Source: Deltaproteobacteria bacterium (lineage in GTDB: Bacteria > Myxococcota_A > Polyangia > JAAYKL01). Taken from it: DNA of 64,000 nucleotides. Where the stretch lies: assembly GCA_016936575.1 (NCBI GenBank), contig JAFGXQ010000045.1:70664-134663 (forward strand), given 5' to 3'. Every line of letters starts with the position of its first letter. Position 1 is the stretch's first letter. The translations under genes and the position numbers were made by a program. This document shows, one piece after another, positions 55,605 through 64,000 of the stretch. The notes beneath the pieces were generated by a model. The model saw only the letters and a program-made list of their open reading frames with translations. It made no database searches and was not told the DNA's origin.

Positions 55605-57104
55605 ATGGCACTGCATACATATGGATTGCCGGAACGATGGTTCTGCGCATTGATTTTTATTGGATTCGGCTGTTCTACGGTGGTAGGCCCCGAAAACGCC
55701 GAGGAAGAACCCACCCCATCAGTGGATACATATTCGATGGATATGCCCACAGGTGTTCAACAAACCACATCAATTGACGAATCCGATGCGGCCACGCGAA
55801 CAGCCGATTCACAATCTGACGCCGACAAAGATAAACCTGATGCAAGTGCCGATCCGAACATCGACAACGAAATATCGATCCTGGACAGCTGTTCCTCAGA
55901 TTTGCCAAACGTGATTTATGTGGATGCCCATAACATTCAAAGTCAGGACGGCTTGAGTTGGCAGACAGCGTATTCAAAAATTCAACCGGCAATCGACACG
56001 GCGAACGCTATTGCCGCGAAGTGTGGCCGACACGTTGCGGTCTGGGTGAAGGCAGGTCACTACTATCTGTACGAAGCCGATGCGCCATACGGCGTTCTGG
56101 TTCGTGAAAAAGTTCATCTGTATGGCGGATTCACCGGGAATGAATCAACGGCAAATGACCGGGAAATCAAAACTTCTCCAACCATTCTGGACGCGCGAGC
56201 GAATGAAACGGCCGACCTGCGCCTGCCCCATGTAGCGGTTCTGGAGGATGCTTCGGTTCTGGACGGTGTTGTACTGACCGGCGGCTATGCGGGCGGTACC
56301 GGATTGGCGGGAATGGGCGGTGCACTGATGATTTCAAATGCATCGGTGCAACTGAGAAATGTGAACTTCATCGGGAATGTCAGTGCCTTGTCGGGAGGGG
56401 CGGTAGTTATAAAAGACAGCGACGTCTCAATAGAAAACTGTCATTTTGAATCAAACTTCACCGATGGTGACGGCGGGGCGGTACACGCAGAAAACGCAAC
56501 GATTGCCTGCACTCAGAGTACGTTCCTCGACAACCGAGCTGCCGGATACGGCGGGGCAGTTGTTGCACAGAACACCACGATGACCTTCGAAAAAAATATT
56601 TTCACCGGCAACAACGCGACCGGGGGGGGTGCCGTATCCGCCGGGGAAAGCACTTTCACTGCGACCAACTCGCTGTTTGCCGACAATACCGGATTCTTCG
56701 GCGGCGCGGTATATCTGCTCAATTACCAGATCCTATCAGTGCTCAACTGCACGTTCGCCGACAATTACGCCCAGGACAGCGGAGCTTCCCTGCTACTGGA
56801 AATCGGCAATGAAACGGTTTCGAGCGCTATTGTGAATAGCATCTTCGCAGGCGGGTACCCGAATGAACTGGCGTTGAACGATTATGCGGACGGCGATTCA
56901 GAAATATCGATTCTATGGAACGCGATTGAGGGTGGATACGCCGGAGAAGGCAATATCGATGCAGCCCCGATTTTTGAGGCAGACTCTTACATGCTTACCG
57001 AAGGTTCCCCCTGTGTGAACGCAGCGCTTGACGAAATGGCTCCCCATGATGATATTAACGGCAAACCAAGAACCAGCGCAGACATGGGCGCATATGAACT
57101 GTAG
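55605..57104 (+). CDS. Lipoprotein with right-handed parallel beta-helix (PMP-like GGA(V/L) repeats; 'choice-of-anchor Q'-type)
   Basis: SD GGAGG. Lipobox IGFGC. Repeats: GGALMISNASVQL, SGGAVVIKDSDVSI, GGAVHAENATI, YGGAVVAQNTTM, GGGAVSAGESTF, FGGAVYLLN. The C-terminus is DINGKPRTSADMGAYEL. Confidence 0.6.
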   Translation: MALHTYGLPERWFCALIFIGFGCSTVVGPENAEEEPTPSVDTYSMDMPTGVQQTTSIDESDAATRTADSQSDADKDKPDASADPNIDNEISILDSCSSDLPNVIYVDAHNIQSQDGLSWQTAYSKIQPAIDTANAIAAKCGRHVAVWVKAGHYYLYEADAPYGVLVREKVHLYGGFTGNESTANDREIKTSPTILDARANETADLRLPHVAVLEDASVLDGVVLTGGYAGGTGLAGMGGALMISNASVQLRNVNFIGNVSALSGGAVVIKDSDVSIENCHFESNFTDGDGGAVHAENATIACTQSTFLDNRAAGYGGAVVAQNTTMTFEKNIFTGNNATGGGAVSAGESTFTATNSLFADNTGFFGGAVYLLNYQILSVLNCTFADNYAQDSGASLLLEIGNETVSSAIVNSIFAGGYPNELALNDYADGDSEISILWNAIEGGYAGEGNIDAAPIFEADSYMLTEGSPCVNAALDEMAPHDDINGKPRTSADMGAYEL

Positions 57105-57115
57105 AGGATGACAAT

Positions 57116-57706
57116 ATGAACGTGAAATCAGCAATGATAGTTGGATTGGCGGTGGCTGGACTCAGCGGATGTAACGCGAAAAAAAATGATATTGAAGACC
57201 TGGGGCGCGCCAACGCGCCGGCTCAGTCAACTCAGACCCCAGCGCCGACCGGCCAGATGCCTTCGGGAATGGTGGAGACCGCAAGCACAGGAAAAGTTCA
57301 TAGCGGCACCATTCTGGAAACCATTGACGTATCCAACTACACCTACATTCGATTCAAGGACAATCAGAATCTAGAACATTGGGCTGCAGTGCTGAAGGGC
57401 AAGTTCGAAAAAGGACAGCCGGTATCAATTGTGGAATCCATCGTGCAAAAGAACTTCAACAGCCCTTCACTGAATCGAACATTTGAAACCATTATTTTCG
57501 GAAACGTGAAAGGCGCCGGAGCACCTACCGCCGATATGGCGCCGCAGGGAGCGCTGCCCGCCGGGCATCCCCCCATCGATGGTTCGAAAGCCGCTCCCGA
57601 AGCCGCTCTGCCGGAAGGTCACCCCCCGGTGGAAGGCAATGCCCCCAAAACCTCTCTCCCCGAAGGCCACCCACCCATCAGCAACATCGCCGACACTGCC
57701 GAATAA
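57116..57706 (+). CDS. Lipoprotein with an OB-like domain and three C-terminal LP(A/E)GHPP(I/V) repeats
   Basis: Lipobox AGLSGC. Repeats read directly: ALPAGHPPIDGS, ALPEGHPPVEGN, SLPEGHPPISN. Confidence 0.5.
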   Translation: MNVKSAMIVGLAVAGLSGCNAKKNDIEDLGRANAPAQSTQTPAPTGQMPSGMVETASTGKVHSGTILETIDVSNYTYIRFKDNQNLEHWAAVLKGKFEKGQPVSIVESIVQKNFNSPSLNRTFETIIFGNVKGAGAPTADMAPQGALPAGHPPIDGSKAAPEAALPEGHPPVEGNAPKTSLPEGHPPISNIADTAE

Positions 57707-57795
57707 AGAAGCCGATCTCTTAGCGCAATCTATTTTCAAGCGAAACAGATAAAGATGAAGAACGTTTTCACATCTTTTAACAAGAGGAAACCTCA

Positions 57796-58146
57796 ATGAA
57801 CCCGGTAATCATCACTATTTGTATGCTGGTCTGCAGTAATATTTTCATGACATTCGCATGGTACGGCCATTTGAAAGAGCTAAACAACAAAACGTGGATC
57901 GTGGCTGCGTTAATCAGTTGGGGAATTGCGCTGTTTGAATATCTTCTGCAGGTACCTGCGAATCGAATTGGCTACAAGGTGCTGACAGTCGGTGAGCTGA
58001 AAATTATTCAGGAAGTAATTACACTGAGTATTTTCGTACCGTTCTCATATTTCTATTTAAAGGAACCCCTGAAAATCGATTATTTGTGGGCGGGTATCTG
58101 CCTGGTCGGCGCTGTATACTTCATGTTCAGAAGTCGGTTCGCATAA
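57796..58146 (+). CDS. DMT-superfamily small membrane protein (DUF486)
   Basis: 116 aa. MNPVIITICMLVCSNIFMTFAWYGHLK...ALFEYLLQVPANRIGY... is typical of DUF486. Confidence 0.75.
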   Translation: MNPVIITICMLVCSNIFMTFAWYGHLKELNNKTWIVAALISWGIALFEYLLQVPANRIGYKVLTVGELKIIQEVITLSIFVPFSYFYLKEPLKIDYLWAGICLVGAVYFMFRSRFA

Positions 58147-58195
58147 AATACACACCCACATCTTGCGCACCGCACGCATATAGCCTCTGAAACGG

Positions 58196-58945
58196 TCAGA
58201 TACCTGAACCGTCGGTGAAATTCATGCCGCAATAGGCAGGGCCGGTTCGTTCTCCCTCGCGTAGATGACGCCAACGCCCCGCGCGAGCATCTTCTCCGGG
58301 CAACACCGGGGTGGTGCAGCAGCCGCATCCGATACTCGGATACCCCAGCGCGTGCAGGGAATGTACAGGTACATGGTGTTTGAGCAGATAGGCATCGATG
58401 TCTTCCTGGCTCCAATCTACAAGAGGGTAAACCGAATACCCTGAAAAGCGCGGATCCTCAGCAACAACCTCGATGCTCCCCCTTGCCTGCCCTTCCGCCC
58501 TGCGAAGTCCCCCCACAACAGCCGTTTTCTTCTGTTGTTTCATGTATCGCAGAAACGGTTTGCCTTTGCGCAAATCGCAGCACACGGGCTGACCCTCACT
58601 GGTCTTGAATAATTTGCAGCGATACTGTTCTTCCTGCTGCTCCGGGGTAAGCGTCGGGTACAATGTGACAATCGGCAGCGCGTAACTTTCAATAAATTGA
58701 TCGCGCAGTAGCAGCGTTTCATGAAAATGATACCCTGTATCTACAAACAGAATTTTATTCTTCAACCCCAATGTATGAAACATATGCATTAAAACCGAAG
58801 CGGTTTTTTGCATACTGGAAAGGAGCACCAGCCCGTCACCGAACTGTTCCACCGCGAACGAAATCCGTCCCGCAGCATCTCGCTCTTCCATCGATGTATT
58901 CATTTGTTTCAGATTCAGCGTCATCTGCGTTGTCCAACCATCCAA
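58196..58945 (-). CDS. cysH: Adenylyl-/phosphoadenylyl-sulfate reductase (CysH family; Fe-S 'APS reductase' type Cys motifs)
   Basis: The start is either the TTG at 58945 (abutting the upstream stop) or the ATG at 58924. It has the PAPS-reductase fold LVLLSSMQKTASVLMHMF...LFVDTGYHF, plus a Cys pair QPVCCDLRKGKPF and C-terminal YPSIGCGCCT. Confidence 0.85.
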   Translation of the reverse strand: MDGWTTQMTLNLKQMNTSMEERDAAGRISFAVEQFGDGLVLLSSMQKTASVLMHMFHTLGLKNKILFVDTGYHFHETLLLRDQFIESYALPIVTLYPTLTPEQQEEQYRCKLFKTSEGQPVCCDLRKGKPFLRYMKQQKKTAVVGGLRRAEGQARGSIEVVAEDPRFSGYSVYPLVDWSQEDIDAYLLKHHVPVHSLHALGYPSIGCGCCTTPVLPGEDARAGRWRHLREGERTGPAYCGMNFTDGSGI

Positions 58946-60724
58946 TTACGAATCGAGTTTCACACACCCGATTCGAGAAAGTCGCTTCATGGAAATCGCC
59001 TGTGTCGGGCACACACGGAGACATTTTCCACAGCGAATGCAATCCTGATTATCAATATATATAAAGGTGGTATCTTTTGACAGCTCCGCTTCAAACACTT
59101 TGGTGGGAAACCCGTCGTCATCGCAATAAATCTGTGCCGCCTTTTTGATACACTCCCTTGGCGCCGCCTGGATACACCAATCGCAATGGATACATAAATC
59201 CTGATCGATTTCAAACTTGTACTGACACAGATAACATCTGGTCGCGGCCACTTGCGCAATCTCAGGGGTAAACCCAGTCTCCACCTCTGCCTGGTTTTCA
59301 AATCGCCCCACTACATCAAGCATCGGCATCGGAAGCGCCCACTGGATGTCGTGGTCCCGAAATCGTCCGGTTTCTCCATCACAATCAGTGGTTTCCACCC
59401 GCACCCCCTCCACGTAGCGCGTTTGTCCCATCAGATGCGTGTCCACCACTTGCGCGGTCTTCTTCCCGGATGCCACCGCGGTAATCACGTCGGCACTGGT
59501 TCCCTCAAAATCTCCTGTGGCGAACAAATTCTCCTTCGAAGTACGAATTCCATCGAGTTCAATACCGTTTGGCAAAATGCGTGGATCGGACCGCTGCCCA
59601 ATAGCCAGAATCAACACGTCACAAGGAATCTCAACTTCGCTTTCATTCAGAGTTTCGATTGCCGGCTTGCGACGAGTATCGCCCGCCTTCACCACGTTGC
59701 GCTCACAAACGAGTATTCCTCGGGAACCGTCTGTTTTCCATCGTTTGGGAGACAGCAGCGTACGCACAGCCACGTCTTCTTCGCGCATGGCTTTGAATTC
59801 ATTTTTGTCAGCCGCCATGGAAGCTTCTGTCCGCCGATACACAATGGATACCGCGGAATCCGCAGAAACCAAACGCCGTGCGGCGCGGGCACAATCCACT
59901 GCAGTGAACCCGCCGCCGACAACTACCACATTGCCCGACAGCGCGGGCAGTTCCCCCCGATTGTAGCGTTTCATGAAGTCAAGACCGGTAAATCGTTGTG
60001 TCTCATCATCACCCACGCCGTCAATGGTTGTCTGATTACTTAGGGTTGTACCGGTGGCAACAATTACCGCATCGTTCTCTTCAATCAGGATGCTCATTTC
60101 AGACGCGCCGACCGCGCATCCGGTCTGAATGGTCACTCCTCCGTCCTGAATGAGCGCGATTTCCGCAGCTACAATGTCTCGGGGCAATCGAAACGCGGGA
60201 ATCCCGTCCACCAGCATACCCCCGGGAAGGGGTTCCTTCTCCAGTACGGTCACTTGATGTCCCAACCGATTCAACTCCCGCGCCGCAGTGAGTCCGGCGG
60301 GCCCAGCCCCCACGATGGTCACCTTCTTGCCGGAGGGTCCAAAATGGGGCGCCAACGGCGTCTGAGTGTTTGCGATGTGATCCGCCGCATACCGCTTGAG
60401 ATGACAAATCTGAACCGGTCCTTCCACATTCGTCCAATTGTGGCGACACTCGTCTTCACACACCCGTGTACAGATTCGTCCAAGAACACCGGGAAACACG
60501 TTGTCTTCCAGATTGATGCGATACGCCGCGTCATGTTCCCCTCTGGCAATGTGTTCAATGTACCCGGGCACATTGGTTTTGGCCGGGCACGCTTCCTGAC
60601 ACGGTATCGCTTTGCCAATCGTTTTCAAATCAAGCGGGGATGTCCCCACACCGGTCTGCACCGAATTCTCTTTGGGCTTTTGCGCTTTTTGATATTCAAA
60701 TCTCACCGTACACCGCCTTTTCAA
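58946..60724 (-). CDS. GltD-like NAD(P)H-dependent FAD oxidoreductase fused to a C-terminal 2x[4Fe-4S] ferredoxin domain
   Basis: Non-ATG start (TTG at 60724 or GTG at 60706) overlapping the sulfite reductase 3' end. N-terminal Fe-S motifs: CQEACPAKTNVPGYI and CTRVCEDEC. Dinucleotide motif KVTIVGAGPAGLTAARELNRLGHQVTVLEKEPLPGGM. C-terminal CIHCDWCIQAAP...CIRCGKCLRVCP. Confidence 0.75.
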   Translation of the reverse strand: MKRRCTVRFEYQKAQKPKENSVQTGVGTSPLDLKTIGKAIPCQEACPAKTNVPGYIEHIARGEHDAAYRINLEDNVFPGVLGRICTRVCEDECRHNWTNVEGPVQICHLKRYAADHIANTQTPLAPHFGPSGKKVTIVGAGPAGLTAARELNRLGHQVTVLEKEPLPGGMLVDGIPAFRLPRDIVAAEIALIQDGGVTIQTGCAVGASEMSILIEENDAVIVATGTTLSNQTTIDGVGDDETQRFTGLDFMKRYNRGELPALSGNVVVVGGGFTAVDCARAARRLVSADSAVSIVYRRTEASMAADKNEFKAMREEDVAVRTLLSPKRWKTDGSRGILVCERNVVKAGDTRRKPAIETLNESEVEIPCDVLILAIGQRSDPRILPNGIELDGIRTSKENLFATGDFEGTSADVITAVASGKKTAQVVDTHLMGQTRYVEGVRVETTDCDGETGRFRDHDIQWALPMPMLDVVGRFENQAEVETGFTPEIAQVAATRCYLCQYKFEIDQDLCIHCDWCIQAAPRECIKKAAQIYCDDDGFPTKVFEAELSKDTTFIYIDNQDCIRCGKCLRVCPTQAISMKRLSRIGCVKLDS

Positions 60725-62270
60725 AATAACCGAGCCCCACCCGATTCACACAGTCGGTCAAAAATTCATCAGATATGCGTACCGCGACAAACGCATTCAG
60801 CACCAATCGCAGCATCTCCTCGCAATCACTCAATTTAAATTCTCCCAACTTCTGTCCAAAGGCAGTCTGCGAACCGCCGAGCAGAACTTCGTACCCTTCC
60901 ACAGAACCGGACTCTTCCCGAATGCGCATGCCCCGAAAGCCGATATCGGCAATACGGTAAGGTGAACACGAGTTGGGGCAACCGGTGATATTGATGACAC
61001 CGCTTTGCGCAATCGATTCATATCGAGGCTCTCCGACCACGCGCTGCACAATATCAAACAATGCCCGCGTCTGAGTGACCGCCTTGGGGCAATACGTGGT
61101 CCCCACACAACTGACAATATCACTGAGAGTGAAGCTGCCGGACGTTTGATACCCCAATGCACGGATTTCGCTCTCCAACGCTTTCACATCGCTCGGCGCA
61201 ACCCCCTGAAACTGCAGATTCTGCCGATTAGATGTGTATACCCGCTGATTGGCATATCGCTCCGACAACTCGGCCATCCGGTAAAATGTCGAAAAAGAAA
61301 GCTCCCCTTTGGGAACAATCACCCGCACCGTGTGCTGTCCATCTGTCCCTTGTGGGGAATCGTCGAGAAGCGGCCGCAGTGAGAACGGAACGCCTTCATC
61401 TGTGACTGGTTCAACGATGATATCATCCGAGGACACATTTTCTGTATGCAGATTACTTATTACTTCCGTTCGGCAGAAATCGATGCCCTTGCGATGCACC
61501 ACAAATTTCAGACGCGACTTGGCGCGATTGAACCGATCTCCATGCTCTCGAAACAGTATCGCCACCGCACGACACACCTGTTTTACTTTGTTGTGCGGCA
61601 CGAAACCGAACAGTGATTCGGCCACGAACGGCTTCCACCCCATACCGCCGCCGATAACCACCTTATACCCCGGAACACCGTTGTGAATGACACCGGAAAG
61701 CCCCACACAGTTGATATGGGGTTGGGCGCAATCGGCACCACACCCCGAAAAATTTATTTTAAACTTTCGAGGCAGATCATCCAGGTCGCGGCACATACCC
61801 AAAAACTCAGCCATCTCAACCGCCGCAGCGCGGGCATCCAATCGTCGGTACGCGCAAGTTTCCGCCAATGGGCACGCGGTCACGTTGCGAGTCACATCGC
61901 CGCAACCGTGTTTGGTCGAGTTCCCGTATTCACCCAGCTCCCGAAGCATGTCTGCCAGGTTTCCCACCTTCAGCCAATGAAACTGCAGCGCCTGCCGTGT
62001 GGTCACATTCACAATACCCTGCCCGTATTTCTCGGCAATTCCGGCGATATTCTTGGCCTGGGCACTGGTAATCACGCCTCCGGGAATCACAATTCGCGCC
62101 ATATGATTTCCCGGCTGTCTGCTTTTGTAAATACCGTACCACTTTGCAATACTGCTGTCGTCCGCCTGCATGGCCCCTTTTTTGGCCATCTCATCAAAAT
62201 CCAGGAAGAGGCCGGCGGCCTTGATATCTTCGTCTTCACTACGACGAGTGAACGTCAGTTTTTTAGGCAT
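60696..62270 (-). CDS. sir: Assimilatory sulfite reductase haemoprotein (sirohaem/[4Fe-4S] nitrite-sulfite reductase family)
   Basis: From track ORF 60696..62276 (GTG start). The ATG at 62270 follows GAGGAG. It has two NIR_SIR halves and the cluster motif NITGCPNSCSPYRIADIGFRG. The context (cysK, cysH, cobA) favours sulfite over nitrite. Confidence 0.8.
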   Translation of the reverse strand: MPKKLTFTRRSEDEDIKAAGLFLDFDEMAKKGAMQADDSSIAKWYGIYKSRQPGNHMARIVIPGGVITSAQAKNIAGIAEKYGQGIVNVTTRQALQFHWLKVGNLADMLRELGEYGNSTKHGCGDVTRNVTACPLAETCAYRRLDARAAAVEMAEFLGMCRDLDDLPRKFKINFSGCGADCAQPHINCVGLSGVIHNGVPGYKVVIGGGMGWKPFVAESLFGFVPHNKVKQVCRAVAILFREHGDRFNRAKSRLKFVVHRKGIDFCRTEVISNLHTENVSSDDIIVEPVTDEGVPFSLRPLLDDSPQGTDGQHTVRVIVPKGELSFSTFYRMAELSERYANQRVYTSNRQNLQFQGVAPSDVKALESEIRALGYQTSGSFTLSDIVSCVGTTYCPKAVTQTRALFDIVQRVVGEPRYESIAQSGVINITGCPNSCSPYRIADIGFRGMRIREESGSVEGYEVLLGGSQTAFGQKLGEFKLSDCEEMLRLVLNAFVAVRISDEFLTDCVNRVGLGYFEKAVYGEI

Positions 62271-62282
62271 TGCCACTCCTCT

Positions 62283-63203
62283 CTAATCCTCATAAAACAA
62301 CAACGTGGACGTATACCGTTCAGCGGTATCAGGAAGAACCACCGCAATTTGTCTGCCTCGGTTCTCCGGACGCGCGGCAATACGATACGCCGCCGCCATC
62401 GCCGCGCCGGAAGAGATGCCCACAAGCAGGCATTCATCGCGCGCCAGCTGCTTGGCGGTTTCTATCGCATCGGCACTGGAAACCGGAATCACTACATCAA
62501 TCACAGCGGTGTCCAACGTTTTGGGAATAAAGCCGGCGCCGATTCCCTGAATCATATGCGGGCCTGCGGGCTCTCCGGACAATACGGCAGATTCGGCGGG
62601 CTCAACCGCCACCACATGAACATCGGCGTTTTTTTCCTTCAGATACTTTCCCGCTCCTGATATGGTTCCACCGGTTCCCACGCCGGCGACAAAAATGTCC
62701 ACCTGACCGCTCAATGCGTCCCATATTTCGGGGCCGGTGTTCCGATAATGCACATCGGGATTGGCGGGGTTCTCGAACTGTCGCGGCATGAAAGCCCCCA
62801 GTTCGCTGCAAAGCGATTCCGCCTCTGAAATGGCTCCCCGCATTCCGTCCCGACCTTCGGTCAGCACCAATTTCGCTCCCAGTGCACGCAGCAGCTTTCT
62901 GCGCTCAATACTCATCGATTCAGGCATCACCAAAACCACCGGATATCCCCGTTGTCTTCCTACTACAGCCAATCCAATACCGGTATTTCCCGATGTGGGT
63001 TCCACAATCGTCATTCCGGCGGCCAATGATCCGTCCTGTTCGGCCGCATCAATCATCGACAGCGCAATACGATCTTTTACCGATGAGCCGGGATTGCTGC
63101 ATTCCAACTTTCCAAAAATCGCGCACGGTGACGCATTCCGGGAAATCGGTACCAGCGGTGTGTTTCCGATCAGAGATAATATCGGGCGAGGTGCGCGTTC
63201 CAT
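62283..63203 (-). CDS. cysK: Cysteine synthase A (O-acetylserine sulfhydrylase)
   Basis: From track ORF 62283..63251. The ATG at 63203 follows AGGAG. It has LIGNTPLVPI, the PLP lysine motif NPGSSVKDRIAL, and GTGGTISG. Confidence 0.9.
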   Translation of the reverse strand: MERAPRPILSLIGNTPLVPISRNASPCAIFGKLECSNPGSSVKDRIALSMIDAAEQDGSLAAGMTIVEPTSGNTGIGLAVVGRQRGYPVVLVMPESMSIERRKLLRALGAKLVLTEGRDGMRGAISEAESLCSELGAFMPRQFENPANPDVHYRNTGPEIWDALSGQVDIFVAGVGTGGTISGAGKYLKEKNADVHVVAVEPAESAVLSGEPAGPHMIQGIGAGFIPKTLDTAVIDVVIPVSSADAIETAKQLARDECLLVGISSGAAMAAAYRIAARPENRGRQIAVVLPDTAERYTSTLLFYED

Positions 63204-63327
63204 CTTTTCTCCTGTCTTTATATATACCGACAGCTGTGGAACTGACGGCATCGAACAGTGGAATACTGGTACTCATATACTTTAATAAAACAGAATGCAA
63301 TTGAATGTTTTTTTTTTCAGGGTCTGC

Positions 63328-64000
63328 CTAAAGACCGGGCGCTTCGGGAAACCACTGAAGCTCACGACGCAGAGAAACCACATCCCCGACCACGATGAGC
63401 ACCGGCCTCGGAAACTCGGAATATGCCGACGATTCGCAATTCGCTGCTTCCGCCACCGTCGTCTCGTACACGGTCTGCTCGGGAAGTGTGCCTCTTGATA
63501 TCAGCGCCACCGGGCAATGCCCTGGTTTGCCGTGCTGAATCAGCTTCTGTGCTATTTCAGACAGGCGATGCGCCCCCATCAGAAAAACCACCGTTCCAGC
63601 GCTGTCGGCAATCCCCGCCCAATTGATTCGGCTTTCGGTCTTGGACGGCGCTTCATGGCCGGTCACCACTTGAAAAAACGAAGCGCAATGTCTGTCTGTC
63701 ACCGGAATCCCGGCGTATGCCAACGCGGCGACCGCAGAAGTGACTCCAGAGATTATTTCATACGGAACCTGCGCCTCCCGCAGGGCGCGCATTTCCTCTG
63801 TTACCCGACCGAACACACATGGGTCGCCCCCTTTCAGCCGGCACACTATCTTTCCCTCCAGTGCCAACTGAACCATCAGCGCGTTAATATCTTCCTGGCG
63901 ATGCAGCCGGCAGCCCGCGCGCTTCGAGGTATCGAACAGCTCTTTTTCCCGAGCATCGACATTTGACAGCATCGCAGGATTCACCAACCCGTCGTGCAGA
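63328..64000 (-). CDS. cobA: Uroporphyrinogen-III C-methyltransferase (sirohaem branch); 5' end outside the window
   Basis: The frame is open to the window edge (...LHDGLVNPAMLS...). It has RLKGGDPCVFGR, PYEIISGVTSAVAALAYAGIP and VVFLMG. Confidence 0.85.
   Translation of the reverse strand, partial: LHDGLVNPAMLSNVDAREKELFDTSKRAGCRLHRQEDINALMVQLALEGKIVCRLKGGDPCVFGRVTEEMRALREAQVPYEIISGVTSAVAALAYAGIPVTDRHCASFFQVVTGHEAPSKTESRINWAGIADSAGTVVFLMGAHRLSEIAQKLIQHGKPGHCPVALISRGTLPEQTVYETTVAEAANCESSAYSEFPRPVLIVVGDVVSLRRELQWFPEAPGL

Noticed and set aside
61683-62660. 325-aa plus-strand ORF (and 59252..60043 +, 60254..60838 +)
   Set aside because: They are antisense to the well-supported sulfite reductase, cysK and GltD-like genes, with Arg/His/Gly-rich composition typical of antisense frames.
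1-64000. Mobile elements, prophage, toxin-antitoxin or known defence systems
   Set aside because: I recognised no transposase, integrase, recombinase, phage structural, Cas, restriction or nuclease/helicase genes in any frame. The only long inverted structure (54162-54340) is strand-specific through G.U pairs, which argues against a MITE. A genome-wide copy count is still needed.

Overview
This is a 64-kb chromosomal window from a Gram-negative bacterium. The gene content (PEGA/TPR, MopE-like Cys repeats, RCC1, Kelch/IPT, DUF1554-like, CbcL-like cytochrome, many Asp-rich lipoproteins) suggests a Myxococcota/deltaproteobacterial-type lineage, but that is inference only. All family names come from motifs I recognise by eye, since no searches were possible. 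I support about 50 protein genes and found no rRNA, tRNA, CRISPR array or recognisable mobile element. The housekeeping blocks are: a methylmalonyl-CoA mutase operon mutA-mutB-meaB (40.4-45.6 kb, minus strand); an assimilatory sulfur operon cobA-cysK-sulfite reductase-GltD-like oxidoreductase-cysH (58.2-64 kb, minus strand); slyD; and NIF3. A large multihaem cytochrome c/b fusion at the left edge (1-1835, minus strand) is missing from the ORF track because it runs off the window. The accessory part (5-33 kb) is dominated by lipobox proteins whose mature N-termini are strictly alternating X-Asp (X = Ser/Thr/Gly/Ala) tethers, encoded by partly perfect 12- and 18-nt tandem repeats. The best candidate for an undescribed system is a tightly coupled same-strand run from 31103 down to 15512. 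It contains a membrane-anchored PAPS-type sulfotransferase, a FabH-like KAS III, two orphan lipoproteins, FadL-like and DUF1302-like beta-barrels, an MMPL/RND pump and a LolA-like carrier. These are followed by two tandem arylsulfotransferase-like beta-propeller lipoproteins, another orphan lipoprotein and a chalcone-isomerase-like (lipid-binding) protein. I read this as a possible sulfated-lipid synthesis, export and periplasmic sulfotransfer apparatus; that is a hypothesis, not a demonstrated function. Other points worth checking are a strand-specific ~180-nt structured leader ending in U9 upstream of an SDR/steroid-5-alpha-reductase gene pair, a GltD-ferredoxin fusion in the place of CysJ in the sulfite reductase operon, and a tandem GILT-like lipoprotein with degenerate CXXC motifs.
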